Assembly (NCBI GenBank): GCA_025464975.1 | Contig: JAODMT010000010.1 | Coordinates: 27,322-91,321 of the forward strand | Direction: 5' to 3' | DNA from: Microbacteriaceae bacterium | GTDB taxonomy: Bacteria > Actinomycetota > Actinomycetes > Actinomycetales > Microbacteriaceae | Length of the DNA: 64,000 nt | Part shown: in pieces, positions 19,491-28,799 of the stretch | How the letters are laid out: each line of letters opens with the position of its first letter | How positions within the stretch are numbered: position 1 is the first letter of the stretch | Position numbers and translations under genes: made by a program | The notes under the pieces: model-generated | What the model was told of the DNA's origin: nothing | Databases searched by the model: none | Seen by the model: the letters and a program-made list of their open reading frames with translations, nothing else

Positions 19491-20276
19491 ATGCCCATCG
19501 GCTCCATCACCCGCGGCACGACGGGCACCAACCGGCTTCGTCGCGTCGACCGGTGGATCGCGCAGCTCCCCTCCCTCCGACGTTCGGCGGCCCCGCTCGT
19601 GGTCGACCTCGGCTACGGGGCATCCGCCACCACGACCCTCGAGCTGCACCAGCGGATCAGCCGGATTTCACCGCTCGTCGAGGTGATCGGGATCGAGATC
19701 GACCCGGCGAGAGTCGCGCTCGCGTCGCTGTCCGCCAGAGCCGGGGTCAGCTTTCGGCTCGGCGGCTTTGAGGTTCCACTTCCCGGTCAACGCGAGGCCA
19801 CGGTCATCCGGGCGCTCAATGTGCTGAGGCAATACGACGAGTCCGCCGTCGACGCGGCCTGGAAGCTCATGGTCTCCCGCCTCGAACCGGGCGGGGTGCT
19901 GGTGGAGGGCACCTGCAATGAGGTCGGCCGCGTCGCGAGCTGGGTGGATGTCTCGGCCGACGGCCCGCGCTCCTTCACACTCAGCCTGCGTCTCGCCGAC
20001 CTCGAACGGCCCTCCATCGTCGCCGAGCGGCTGCCGAAGGCGCTGATCCACCGGAACGTTCCCGGTGAGAAGGTCCACGAGTTCTTGCGTGACCTTGACC
20101 GGCATTGGCAACTCAATTCGCCGCTGTCGGTGTACGGACCGTCGCAGCGCTGGATCGGTACGGTGACCGGCCTCGCCGCCGAGGGGTGGCCGGTGCACGG
20201 CGGCCGCTCTCGCTGGAAGCTCGGAGAACTGACCGTGTCGTGGGATGCGGTCGCGCCGAACGGCTTCGCCTGGTGA
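19491..20276 (+). CDS. putative class I SAM-dependent methyltransferase (conserved actinobacterial protein)
   Basis: Motif-I-like VVDLGYGASA followed by acidic loop IGIEID. Coding-like composition. The functional call is weak. Confidence 0.5.
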   Translation: MPIGSITRGTTGTNRLRRVDRWIAQLPSLRRSAAPLVVDLGYGASATTTLELHQRISRISPLVEVIGIEIDPARVALASLSARAGVSFRLGGFEVPLPGQREATVIRALNVLRQYDESAVDAAWKLMVSRLEPGGVLVEGTCNEVGRVASWVDVSADGPRSFTLSLRLADLERPSIVAERLPKALIHRNVPGEKVHEFLRDLDRHWQLNSPLSVYGPSQRWIGTVTGLAAEGWPVHGGRSRWKLGELTVSWDAVAPNGFAW

Positions 20277-20289
20277 GGGGCGCCGAAAA

Positions 20290-21396
20290 TCAGCGCTTGA
20301 TTGCGCCGAGCCTCGGCAGGCGCGGCACATTCGCGGCGGCGCCGGCATCCGGCGGAACGATGACCTCTTGCGCGGCGGGAACGAGGATGCCGTCGGCGCG
20401 CACCGCAAGCTCGGCTTCCGGGTCAACGGTGCGTTTGATCACCGCGAGCGCGATCGGACCGAGTTCGAAATGTCGGGCGGAAGAGGTGACGGACCCGACT
20501 ACCGCATCGCCGAGCACGATCTCGTCGCCCGGAGCGGGAAGCACGGCGTCGGACCCGTCGAGGTGCAGCATCACGAGCCGGCGCGGCGGGTGCCCGAGGT
20601 TGTGCACCTTGGCCACCGTCTCCTGCCCGCGGTAGCAGCCCTTCGACAGGTGCACGGCCGAGCGCAGCCAGTCGAGCTCATGCGGGATGGTCTTCTGGTC
20701 GGCCTCTGTGGCGAACCGCGGACGCCACGCCGCAATGCGAAGTGCCTCAAGGGCGAGGAACCCGGCGAGTGGCAGATCGATGCCGCCGAGGGAAGCCCGC
20801 GGCACGAGCACCTCGCGGTAGGTCCAGTCGGCCGCAGGGTGATGCTCGGTCTTGGCGTATTGCCAGCCGCCGGCCGTCACAGCGTTCCACGGGTCGTTCC
20901 AGACAAGCGGCACGCCGTTGGGCGATGCGACGGGAAGTTGCGGCGACCCGAACGAGCCGATCGTCGCCAACTCGTCGGTGCGGTCCTGAATCTCGACCCG
21001 CAGCATGAAGCGCATCTTCGACAGCCAGGCGAAAAGTCCCGGTGCCTCGTCGCGCTCGAGAAGCAACCACAGCTCCTCGCCGTCGTCGAGGAGACGCACG
21101 GCATATTCGAGCCGGCCGGTTATGTCGAGCAGCAGCGTCTCGCTCGACTGTCCCGGCTTCAGCCCGGCGACGCTCTGCGAGGTGAGGGAGTCGATCCAGC
21201 TAAGCCGATCCGGGCCGGAAATGGACAGGACGGCGCGGTGCGACAGGTCGACTATCGCGCCGCCGTCGCTGAGCGCCCGCTGCTCACCGAGCGGGTTTCC
21301 GTAGTGGGCGGCTACTCCGGCATCCGATCCGACACCGTCGACCGCGCCGGGCCGAGCGGCGAGCTCACTCAAGGCGGGCAAGTCTGCCGGAGGCAT
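20290..21396 (-). CDS. ygfZ: folate-binding protein YgfZ (GcvT-like)
   Basis: KGCYxGQE signature (SKGCYRGQETVAKVHNLGHPPRRL). ATG 21396 was preferred to the listed 21519. TTG 21381 and 21372 are alternative starts. The gene overlaps the upstream gene's 3' end. Confidence 0.8.
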   Translation of the reverse strand: MPPADLPALSELAARPGAVDGVGSDAGVAAHYGNPLGEQRALSDGGAIVDLSHRAVLSISGPDRLSWIDSLTSQSVAGLKPGQSSETLLLDITGRLEYAVRLLDDGEELWLLLERDEAPGLFAWLSKMRFMLRVEIQDRTDELATIGSFGSPQLPVASPNGVPLVWNDPWNAVTAGGWQYAKTEHHPAADWTYREVLVPRASLGGIDLPLAGFLALEALRIAAWRPRFATEADQKTIPHELDWLRSAVHLSKGCYRGQETVAKVHNLGHPPRRLVMLHLDGSDAVLPAPGDEIVLGDAVVGSVTSSARHFELGPIALAVIKRTVDPEAELAVRADGILVPAAQEVIVPPDAGAAANVPRLPRLGAIKR

Positions 21397-21985
21397 GGGT
21401 TGCCAGTTCCTGACCGAGCGCGGCGAGGTCCCACGCCCACAGCATGTGGTTCTCGACGAGCCCGTAGATGCGCGTGGACGCGGTGTGCTCCTTTGACGTG
21501 ATCGATCGCATGACGACATCCGTCGCCAGGTCGATGCGTGGACCCTTCACCTGACCGACGTAGAGTTCGCTGACCCCGCCCGGGTGCAAAATCGATACCT
21601 CGATGTCGAAGCCGTCGGAGGCGTTGCGCAGGGTCTCGACCGAACGGGTCGTGGTGAACGGCTGGATGCCGACGCCGGGAAGCATCCCCGGTCCGGGGTC
21701 GCCGTCGGTGGCCGGGCGGCTGAGCCTCCAGTACCCGGTTTCGGTTGCGAGCGGCTGCGACTCTATCGCCTGCCCTGAACTCGTCGAAGAGTTGAGCAGC
21801 CACGTATAGGACGTGTAGTTGAGGTGGGGAAGACCGTCGTGGGTGAAGCTCATCCGCTGCCCGAACTCGTAGTTGCGGATGTCGTCGCCGACGGCGTAGT
21901 TGACGACTCCGGTGCCCTCCCATACCCCGATGAGCCAGGAGAGGGGCACGAGTTCAGCCGGAAGGTCTGCGTCGAGTTCGATCAT
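21365..21985 (-). CDS. FABP/nitrobindin-like protein (DUF1794)
   Basis: N-terminal LSWLIGVWEGTG motif. 206 aa of beta-barrel-type sequence. Confidence 0.75.
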   Translation of the reverse strand: MIELDADLPAELVPLSWLIGVWEGTGVVNYAVGDDIRNYEFGQRMSFTHDGLPHLNYTSYTWLLNSSTSSGQAIESQPLATETGYWRLSRPATDGDPGPGMLPGVGIQPFTTTRSVETLRNASDGFDIEVSILHPGGVSELYVGQVKGPRIDLATDVVMRSITSKEHTASTRIYGLVENHMLWAWDLAALGQELATHASGRLARLE

Positions 21986-22037
21986 GTTCTACAACCACTG
22001 GAGTCGAGGGGGCCTCGCGCTGCCCAGTGCCATTGGG

Positions 22038-22148
22038 TCAGCGTTGGCCACGGAAAAGGTTGAATAGCACTACCACGGAGACGTAGCCGATCGCGAGTGT
22101 GGCGAGGATCAGCAGGCCGATGAAGAACAGCTCTAGACCGAGGTACAT
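22038..22148 (-). CDS. 36-aa hydrophobic micro-protein (not in ORF track)
   Basis: ATG..TGA encodes MYLGLELFFIGLLILATLAIGYVSVVVLFNLFRGQR, one TM helix with a basic C-terminus. TAGAAT lies 6 nt upstream of the ATG, which suggests a leaderless transcript. G/C-rich third positions. Confidence 0.35.
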   Translation of the reverse strand: MYLGLELFFIGLLILATLAIGYVSVVVLFNLFRGQR

Positions 22149-22171
22149 GCCAATATTCTATGTCGCGGATT

Positions 22172-22477
22172 CTAACGGCCGAGCAGTTGAAGGCCGCCGA
22201 GCACGATCGTCGCGAGGATCAGGATGACGGCGGATCCGGACAGGCACGTCACGACCCGGTTGACGAGGCCCTCCTTCTGCACGATCGCAAGCTGGATGCA
22301 GAAGGTTGCGAAGATGCCGACGGCAAACACGATGGGCAGCCAGGTGAGGTACTGACCGACCGGGGCCAAAATCCCGACGATCACCGCTCCGATTGCCGAA
22401 ATCAGCCATACGGGGATGACGCTCGTGAGAGTGAGGCGCCTTGCCGGCTGGTCGTTGGTCACGCACCAATTGTGCAC
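22172..22477 (-). CDS. small integral membrane protein, unknown function
   Basis: 101 aa with three predicted TM helices (VIPVWLISAIGAVIVGILA, WLPIVFAVGIFATFCIQLAIV, LSGSAVILILATIVLGGLQLL). GTG start. Confidence 0.55.
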   Translation of the reverse strand: MHNWCVTNDQPARRLTLTSVIPVWLISAIGAVIVGILAPVGQYLTWLPIVFAVGIFATFCIQLAIVQKEGLVNRVVTCLSGSAVILILATIVLGGLQLLGR

Positions 22478-22514
22478 TACCGCGCAGAACGAGCCGCCAA
22501 AGAGCCTTTAGACT

Positions 22515-23231
22515 GTGGACTGGCACTTGGAGGACTCGTTGGCGCAGCTCTTAATCCTGACTTCTGCCGTCAACAGCGATGTCTTGCCCGCCCTTGGACT
22601 GCTCAGTCACCGGACGCGCCAGATCCCCGCCGAGCCGGCATCGCTCATCACCGCGCCAAGTTCCGATCTGATTCTGATCGATGGCCGCCACGACCTGGCG
22701 AGCGCCAAGTCGCTGTGCAAGATCCTCAACACGACCGGCGTCAACGTTCCGCTCATGCTCATCCTCACGGAGGGCGGGCTCGCCGCGGTGAGCGCCGATT
22801 GGGCGATCGACGATGTGATCCTCGAAACCGCCGGGCCGGGGGAGGTCGATGCCCGCATCCGGCTTGTCGTCGGACGCCAGGCAATCGACAAGACGAGCAA
22901 CAAGATTCATGCGTCCGGTGTCGTGATCGACGAGGCGAGCTATTCCGCCAAGGTGCACGGACGACCGCTCGACCTCACCTTCAAGGAGTTCGAGCTGTTG
23001 CGCTTCCTCGCGACGCATCCCTCTCGAGTCTTCACCCGCGAGCAGCTGCTCAGCGAGGTCTGGGGGTACGACTACTTTGGCGGAACGCGAACCGTCGACG
23101 TGCACGTGAGGCGCCTTCGTGCGAAGCTCGGCGACCTCGAGTCGCTCATCGGCACCGTGCGCAACGTGGGATACCGCTTCAACGTGTACGACGACGAGGC
23201 TGATCGCATTGCCCAGTCCGTCAATTCCTGA
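22515..23231 (+). CDS. glnR: orphan atypical response regulator GlnR (nitrogen regulator)
   Basis: Colinear with Streptomyces GlnR as recalled ([32 protein letters not shown]; C-terminus [47 protein letters not shown]). mshD lies downstream, as with Rv0818-Rv0819. Confidence 0.85.
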   Translation: MDWHLEDSLAQLLILTSAVNSDVLPALGLLSHRTRQIPAEPASLITAPSSDLILIDGRHDLASAKSLCKILNTTGVNVPLMLILTEGGLAAVSADWAIDDVILETAGPGEVDARIRLVVGRQAIDKTSNKIHASGVVIDEASYSAKVHGRPLDLTFKEFELLRFLATHPSRVFTREQLLSEVWGYDYFGGTRTVDVHVRRLRAKLGDLESLIGTVRNVGYRFNVYDDEADRIAQSVNS

Positions 23232-24042
23232 CTTCGTTCCCGCGCTCGTCGAGCGGGCTCGTGCCACGGACGGACAACCGCCGTTCTCGGACCAGAGCCT
23301 CGTGGAACTGCGCCGCGGCGAGCGCGAACTGGTCACGATCGACGAGCTCGCGGTCGCGATTGTCAATCGTGACGAAGCCGAGCTTGTTGTGGATCCCGCC
23401 GCGCGCGGTCGCGGAATCGGCACCTCGCTGCTCGAGTCGATTCTCGCGTCCGCCGAACCGGGGCTGCTGATCTGGGCGCACGGGGATCATCCCGCCGCGC
23501 GAGCGCTCGCCGCGAGTCACGGGCTTAGTCCGGTTCGCTCGCTGTTGCAGTTGCGCGCCCCGGTGCCAGCGGCGCCCCCTGCCGGGTCGGCGACGTCGGA
23601 CGGATCGGCGACGCCCGCCGGGGCCAGCGCCTTCCGGCCCGGGATCGACGATGCCGAGTGGTTGCGCGTCAACGGCCGGGCGTTCGCCTTCCACCCCGAG
23701 CAGGGGTCCGTGAGCCAGTCCGACCTGGATGCGCTGACGGCCGAGCCGTGGTTCGACGCGGATGATTTCCTCCTGCTGCGCGACGGCGACGACCTCATCG
23801 GCTATTGCTGGCTCAAGATCGAGGATGGCATCGGCGAGTTCTACGTCGTCGGAGTTGATCCGGACCGGCAGGGCGAGGGGCTCGGCCGCCGCCTGATGGC
23901 CGCCGGCTTCGCGCGGCTGGCCGACCGCGGCATCCGCACCGCCGCGCTCTACGTGGATGCGGACAACGCTGCCGCCGTCGGCCTCTACCGTTCGCTCGGT
24001 TTCACCGAGCACGCAATCGATATCCAATACGCCGCCCGCTGA
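23209..24042 (+). CDS. mshD: mycothiol synthase MshD (tandem GNAT)
   Basis: Two GNAT halves with acetyl-CoA loops [10 protein letters not shown] and [10 protein letters not shown]. The start is uncertain: TTG 23209 was chosen, and the listed ATG 23119 lies inside glnR. Confidence 0.8.
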   Translation: MPSPSIPDFVPALVERARATDGQPPFSDQSLVELRRGERELVTIDELAVAIVNRDEAELVVDPAARGRGIGTSLLESILASAEPGLLIWAHGDHPAARALAASHGLSPVRSLLQLRAPVPAAPPAGSATSDGSATPAGASAFRPGIDDAEWLRVNGRAFAFHPEQGSVSQSDLDALTAEPWFDADDFLLLRDGDDLIGYCWLKIEDGIGEFYVVGVDPDRQGEGLGRRLMAAGFARLADRGIRTAALYVDADNAAAVGLYRSLGFTEHAIDIQYAAR

Positions 24043-24113
24043 CGCGCGCCACGCCTGCCGGGCGACCACTCCTGCCTCCCCCGCCTGCCTCCCCCGGCGA
24101 CTCCTGCCCGTCA

Positions 24114-24195
24114 CCTAAAACGCAGGACATTCACCACGAAGGCACCACATTCGACGCGTATTGCCGCCAACGGTGGTGAATCTCCTGCATTTTGG
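24114..24195. repeat. palindromic intergenic repeat, copy A
   Basis: CCTAAAACGCAGGACATTCACCAC-N35-GTGGTGAATCTCCTGCATTTTGGG. The arms match copy B at 59388-59470. Confidence 0.7.
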
Positions 24196-24308
24196 GTACC
24201 CGCCGGGGGCGATCACGAAGGAGCGGCAACGGTGGTGAGGGCACGGGCCGGGCACGGGCTCAGCGAGGAGCCAGCCGTTCCCGGGAGGGGAAGTGGGATG
24301 ATGAGGTA

Positions 24309-26486
24309 ATGAGCAGCGAGACATATTTGGGTGACGCGGGCCTTGCCACCGACAGTCTCGACGACGACGACTACGAGTCGGCGTGGGTTGACGACGGGAC
24401 CCTCCCCACCGACCGCTACCTCGACCGGGAACTGAGCTGGCTCGCCTTCAACACCCGGGTGTTGGAGCTCGCCGAAGATCCGGAACTTCCACTTCTCGAG
24501 CGATCCAACTTCCTCGCCATCTTCGCGAGCAACCTCGATGAATTCTTCATGGTGCGCATCGCCGGCCTGAAACGCCGCATTATGACCGGGCTCGCCGTTC
24601 CCACCAACGTCGGTGCGGCACCGACCGAAGTGCTCGCCGACATCCAGGATCGCGCACACGAACTGCAGACACGGCACGCCGTGGCCTTCCGGGACCTGGT
24701 GAAACCGGATCTCGACGACGCCGGCATACACATCGAGACCTGGGCAGACCTTGGCCCGGCCGACCGCGAGTCGCTCGACGAGATCTTCTCGGCACGCATC
24801 TTTCCCGTGCTCATGCCGCTCGCGGTTGACCCGGCGCACCCGTTCCCCTATATCTCGGGCCTCTCGCTCAACCTGTCGGTTCGGGTGCGCAATCCGAAGA
24901 TCGGCAAGGAGGAGTTCGCCCGGGTCAAGGTTCCGCCGATGCTGCCACGATTCGTGCAGCTTCCGGATGACGGCAGCGGCTTGCTTCGGTTCATACCGCT
25001 CGAGGACCTCATCTCGAATCACCTCGGCGACCTGTTCCCGGGAATGGAGATTCTCGACCATCACGAGTTCCGGGTGACCCGGAACGAAGACGTCGTCATC
25101 GAAGAAGACGAGTCGGAGAACCTCATCCAGACGCTCGAACGCGAACTGCTCCGCCGTCGGTTCGGGCCGCCAATCCGTCTCGAGATCACCGACGACATGG
25201 ATGACCTCACGCTCAACCTCCTCGTGCGCGAACTGGAGATCACGAAACAGGAGGTCTACCGACTTCCCGCGCCGCTCGACCTCGGCGGACTCTTCGAACT
25301 CAACAAGATCGACCGGCCGACTCTCAAGTACCGTCGGCATGTTCCCACCACGGCGGTGCAGCTTCAGCCGCTCGAACCGAACGCGACCCCCGACATCTTC
25401 GGCTCGATTGCGCGGCAGGACATCCTGCTCCACCACCCGTACGAGTCGTTCGCCACGAGCGTTCAAGCGTTCCTCGAGCAAGCGGCGGCCGATCCGAACG
25501 TGCTCGCCATCAAGCAGACGCTGTACCGCACCTCCGGCGACAGCCCGATTGTCGAGGCGCTCATTCAGGCGGCCGAGGCCGGCAAGCAGGTTCTGGCGCT
25601 CGTGGAAATCAAGGCCCGATTCGACGAGTCGGCCAACATCAGCTGGGCCCGCAAGCTCGAGAAGGCCGGCGTGCACGTGGTGTACGGGCTGGTCGGCCTG
25701 AAGACGCACTGCAAGCTCGCTCTCGTCATTCGCCAGGAGAACGGTGTCCTAAAGCACTACAGCCACATCGGGACCGGCAACTACAACCCGAAGACGAGCC
25801 GGATCTATGAGGATTTCGGCCTGCTCACCGCGAGCGGAACCGTCGGCAAGGACCTCACCCGCCTGTTCAACGAGCTGTCCGGATACGCGATCGAAAAGAA
25901 GTTCAAGCGATTGCTGGTTGCGCCGCTTCATCTGCGCACGGGCCTCATCAAGCGAATCCGCATCGAGGCCGCGAACGCGCGAAACGGGATGCCGTCCGGC
26001 ATCCGGATCAAGCTCAATTCGATCGTCGACGAAGCCCTCATCGACGCCCTGTATCGGGCGAGCGAGGCCGGAGTTCCCGTCGAGCTCGTCGTTCGCGGCA
26101 TTTGCGGCATCAAGCCGGGCGTGGAGGGGCTCAGCGAGAACATCGAGGTGCGTTCCATTCTCGGCCGTTACCTCGAGCATTCGCGCATCTTCTCCTTCAT
26201 CAACGGCGGCGACCCTCAGGTGTACATCGGCAGCGCCGACCTGATGCACCGCAACCTCGACCGTCGGGTGGAGGCGCTCGTTCGACTGACCAGCGCTGAC
26301 CACCTCCGCGAGATCGAAGACCTGTTTGACCTCGCAATGTCCGACGACACCGCCCACTGGAAACTTGGGCCGGACGGCAACTGGACCAGGCACCACCGTG
26401 CGAAGGATGGATCGCTCCTCGCCGACATGCAGAACGTTCGAATGCGACAGATTTCCCAGAGGAAGCGCACCGGAGTGATCCGTTGA
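24309..26486 (+). CDS. ppk: polyphosphate kinase 1
   Basis: 725 aa. N-terminal [17 protein letters not shown] and the autophosphorylation region [11 protein letters not shown], with PLD-like C-terminal domains. ATG 24309 was preferred to the listed 24192. Confidence 0.95.
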   Translation: MSSETYLGDAGLATDSLDDDDYESAWVDDGTLPTDRYLDRELSWLAFNTRVLELAEDPELPLLERSNFLAIFASNLDEFFMVRIAGLKRRIMTGLAVPTNVGAAPTEVLADIQDRAHELQTRHAVAFRDLVKPDLDDAGIHIETWADLGPADRESLDEIFSARIFPVLMPLAVDPAHPFPYISGLSLNLSVRVRNPKIGKEEFARVKVPPMLPRFVQLPDDGSGLLRFIPLEDLISNHLGDLFPGMEILDHHEFRVTRNEDVVIEEDESENLIQTLERELLRRRFGPPIRLEITDDMDDLTLNLLVRELEITKQEVYRLPAPLDLGGLFELNKIDRPTLKYRRHVPTTAVQLQPLEPNATPDIFGSIARQDILLHHPYESFATSVQAFLEQAAADPNVLAIKQTLYRTSGDSPIVEALIQAAEAGKQVLALVEIKARFDESANISWARKLEKAGVHVVYGLVGLKTHCKLALVIRQENGVLKHYSHIGTGNYNPKTSRIYEDFGLLTASGTVGKDLTRLFNELSGYAIEKKFKRLLVAPLHLRTGLIKRIRIEAANARNGMPSGIRIKLNSIVDEALIDALYRASEAGVPVELVVRGICGIKPGVEGLSENIEVRSILGRYLEHSRIFSFINGGDPQVYIGSADLMHRNLDRRVEALVRLTSADHLREIEDLFDLAMSDDTAHWKLGPDGNWTRHHRAKDGSLLADMQNVRMRQISQRKRTGVIR

Positions 26487-27433
26487 GCCTGATGGGGCCG
26501 GGGGTCGTTCAGGCCGCCGGGGCCGTCTGCTGGCGTGAGGTGGACGGCACAATCCAGGTGTTGCTCGTGCACCGCGCGCAGCGCGCCGACATTTCCCTGC
26601 CGAAGGGAAAGGTCGACCCTGGCGAGTCCCCGCCGCAGACCGCGGTGCGGGAGATCGCCGAGGAGACCGGGCTGTCCATCGCCCTCGGCGCACCGCTTGG
26701 AACCATTGAGTACACGATGCCGGGCGGCCGCGAAAAGATCGTCTTCTACTGGGCGGCAGAGGTGAAGGCAAAGGCGATTGCGGCATCCACCTTCTCCCCC
26801 AACCAGGAGATCGCCGCGCTCGAGTGGCTTCCGCTCAAGGCGGCCCGCGCCAAGCTGTCCTACGACCGGGACCGGGATGTGCTCGACCGTTTCGCCGCCC
26901 GGGTCAAGAGCGGCACCGCGCGAACCTTCCCGATTATCGTGCTGCGGCACGGCAAGGCCGTTCCCCCTGCGACCTGGGACGGACCGGACGTCACCCGGCC
27001 GCTGATGCACCGCGGGATCGAGCAGTCACGCAACGTTGCACTGTCGATCGCGGCGTGGGGACCGCGCAAGTTGATCAGCAGCACCGCCGTGCGGTGCCTC
27101 GATACGATCAGGCCGATCTCCGACGTCACCGGAATCCCGGTGACCGAGTCCGAGTCGATCAGCCAGGATGGCTTCGAAGAGGGCACCGCGAACGTGTCGG
27201 AGACGGTGCGGAAGCGGCTGCGTAGGGGTCGAGCCGTGGTGCTGTGCAGTCACGGCCCGGTGATTCCCGAAATCATCCGCGAGATTGCGGCGGCAACGAA
27301 CTCACCGTATGACGCCCCGCTCCGCCGAGCTGGCATGCTCTCCACCTCCGAGTACTCCGTGCTGCACGTTTCACGCCAGCATCCCGATGGCCCGCTCGTC
27401 GCTGTCGAATCCCACGGCCCGGCCATCCGGTGA
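26483..27433 (+). CDS. mutT1: Nudix hydrolase fused to histidine-phosphatase domain (MutT1-like)
   Basis: Nudix box [22 protein letters not shown] followed by a C-terminal RHG motif (IVLRHGKAV). The start (TTG 26483, or ATG 26492) overlaps or abuts the ppk stop. ppk-mutT1 adjacency matches Rv2984-Rv2985. Confidence 0.8.
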   Translation: MSLMGPGVVQAAGAVCWREVDGTIQVLLVHRAQRADISLPKGKVDPGESPPQTAVREIAEETGLSIALGAPLGTIEYTMPGGREKIVFYWAAEVKAKAIAASTFSPNQEIAALEWLPLKAARAKLSYDRDRDVLDRFAARVKSGTARTFPIIVLRHGKAVPPATWDGPDVTRPLMHRGIEQSRNVALSIAAWGPRKLISSTAVRCLDTIRPISDVTGIPVTESESISQDGFEEGTANVSETVRKRLRRGRAVVLCSHGPVIPEIIREIAAATNSPYDAPLRRAGMLSTSEYSVLHVSRQHPDGPLVAVESHGPAIR

Positions 27434-27440
27434 CACGGCG

Positions 27441-27484
27441 TTGCGACGACATTTCGACATCCGTTAACCTCCCGTTCATCTTCT
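27441..27484 (+). promoter_or_regulatory. PHO-box-like 11-nt phased repeats upstream of pstS
   Basis: TTGCGACGACA TTTCGACATCC GTTAACCTCCC GTTCATCTTCT: four 11-nt units, the last two the best. They lie ~120 nt before the pstS GTG. Confidence 0.5.
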
Positions 27485-27604
27485 AGGACGAACGTAGACA
27501 CCGTCCCCGCCTAACGTCATCTCTTGGACCGGCACCGGTCTCCCCCCGGCACCCGAGCCACTTGCATGCTCGCGCGCCGTGGTCACCACCCCGAAGGGAA
27601 CACA

Positions 27605-28729
27605 GTGAAGTTCAAGCATGTAGCAACCGCAGGCGCAGTCGCGCTCGCAGCTGCGATCGCTCTCACCTCCTGCGCTAGCACGCCGAGCGCGACGCCTGCC
27701 GCATCGAATAAGGCCACCAGCGCCGCCACCCCGCTCGACACCACCCTCACCGGCACCATCACCGCCGGAGGATCGAGCGCTCAGGCCAACGCCCAGACGG
27801 CCTGGTCCACCGCGTTCCACGCGCAGGTTGCCGGCACCACCATCAACTACGACAAGTCGCAGGGCTCGGGCGGCGGCGTCACCAACTGGCTCGCCGGCAG
27901 CTACGACTTCGCGGGATCCGACGCGGCCCTCACTGCCGCGCAGCAGACCTCTTCGCAGGCGAACTGCGGAGCGGGCGGCGCGCTTGACCTCCCGGCCTAC
28001 CTCTCCGGTGTCGCGATCATCTACAACCTCCCCGGTGTCACCGGCCTGAAGCTCTCCTCGGCCACGCTCGCGAAGATCTTCACCCTGCAGGTCAAGACCT
28101 GGAACGACCCGGCCATCGCCGCCGACAACCCGGGTGCCAGCCTCCCGTCGACGGCCATCACCGTTGTGACCCGTTCGGACGGCTCCGGCACGACGGCCAA
28201 CTTCACGACGTACCTGCACGACGTGCAGCCGAGCATCTTCACCCAGGCAGCAGGCACGGCGTGGCCCGTTGCCGGCACGAGCGGCCAGCAGGGTGGTTCC
28301 GGCGTTGTCAACACCGTCACCGCCGGCGCTGGAACGATCGGCTACGCCGACCACAGCTCGATCGGAACCGCGACGGCAGCAGACATCCAGGTCGGCACTG
28401 CCGAGACCTTCGTCACCTACTCCGCCAAGGGCGCGACCAACGCGTTCGCGGCCGCTGCCACGACGACGCCGAGCACCAAGGGTGACCTGACCCAGGTTCT
28501 CGACTACTCGAAGATCACGAACAAGGACTCCTACCCGATTCCGCTGCTCTCCTACCAGATCCTGTGCACCACTTTCAAGGACCCTGCACAGGCGAAGGTC
28601 ACGAAGGCATACCTCGGCTACATCGGTAGCGAGATCGGCCAGGCAATCGCCGCGAAGAACGCGGGTTCCGCTCCTCTCCCGGCCGCAATCCTCGCGGATG
28701 TCCAGAAGAGCCTCGCTCTGGTCAAGTAA
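27605..28729 (+). CDS. pstS: phosphate ABC transporter substrate-binding lipoprotein PstS
   Basis: GTG 27605 gives VKFKHVATAGAVALAAAIALTSCAS (lipobox). SQGSGGG phosphate-binding-type motif. Confidence 0.9.
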   Translation: MKFKHVATAGAVALAAAIALTSCASTPSATPAASNKATSAATPLDTTLTGTITAGGSSAQANAQTAWSTAFHAQVAGTTINYDKSQGSGGGVTNWLAGSYDFAGSDAALTAAQQTSSQANCGAGGALDLPAYLSGVAIIYNLPGVTGLKLSSATLAKIFTLQVKTWNDPAIAADNPGASLPSTAITVVTRSDGSGTTANFTTYLHDVQPSIFTQAAGTAWPVAGTSGQQGGSGVVNTVTAGAGTIGYADHSSIGTATAADIQVGTAETFVTYSAKGATNAFAAAATTTPSTKGDLTQVLDYSKITNKDSYPIPLLSYQILCTTFKDPAQAKVTKAYLGYIGSEIGQAIAAKNAGSAPLPAAILADVQKSLALVK

Positions 28730-28737
28730 CATCCGTT

Positions 28738-28768
28738 CTGCCGGTCTCGATTCACGCGAGACCGGCAG
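28738..28768 (+). terminator. perfect 12-bp hairpin between pstS and pstC (partial terminator / mRNA stabiliser candidate)
   Basis: CTGCCGGTCTCG-ATTCACG-CGAGACCGGCAG, 9 nt after the pstS stop. No U-tract. Confidence 0.45.
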
Positions 28769-28799
28769 GACCTCCCGGCGCCATACGAGAAAGAGATCA

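Noticed and set aside
24115-24324. 69-aa ORF and the 72-aa ORF at 59269..59487 share a PK(C/R)RRFTTV-like peptide, suggesting a small paralogous protein
   Set aside because: The similarity is confined to the palindromic DNA repeat arms. The rest of the two ORFs is unrelated and Arg/Gly/Pro-rich, and neither has a ribosome-binding site.
24213-25709. 498-aa ORF antisense to ppk
   Set aside because: ppk is unambiguous on the plus strand. The antisense product has no recognisable motif and the composition of a GC-rich shadow ORF.
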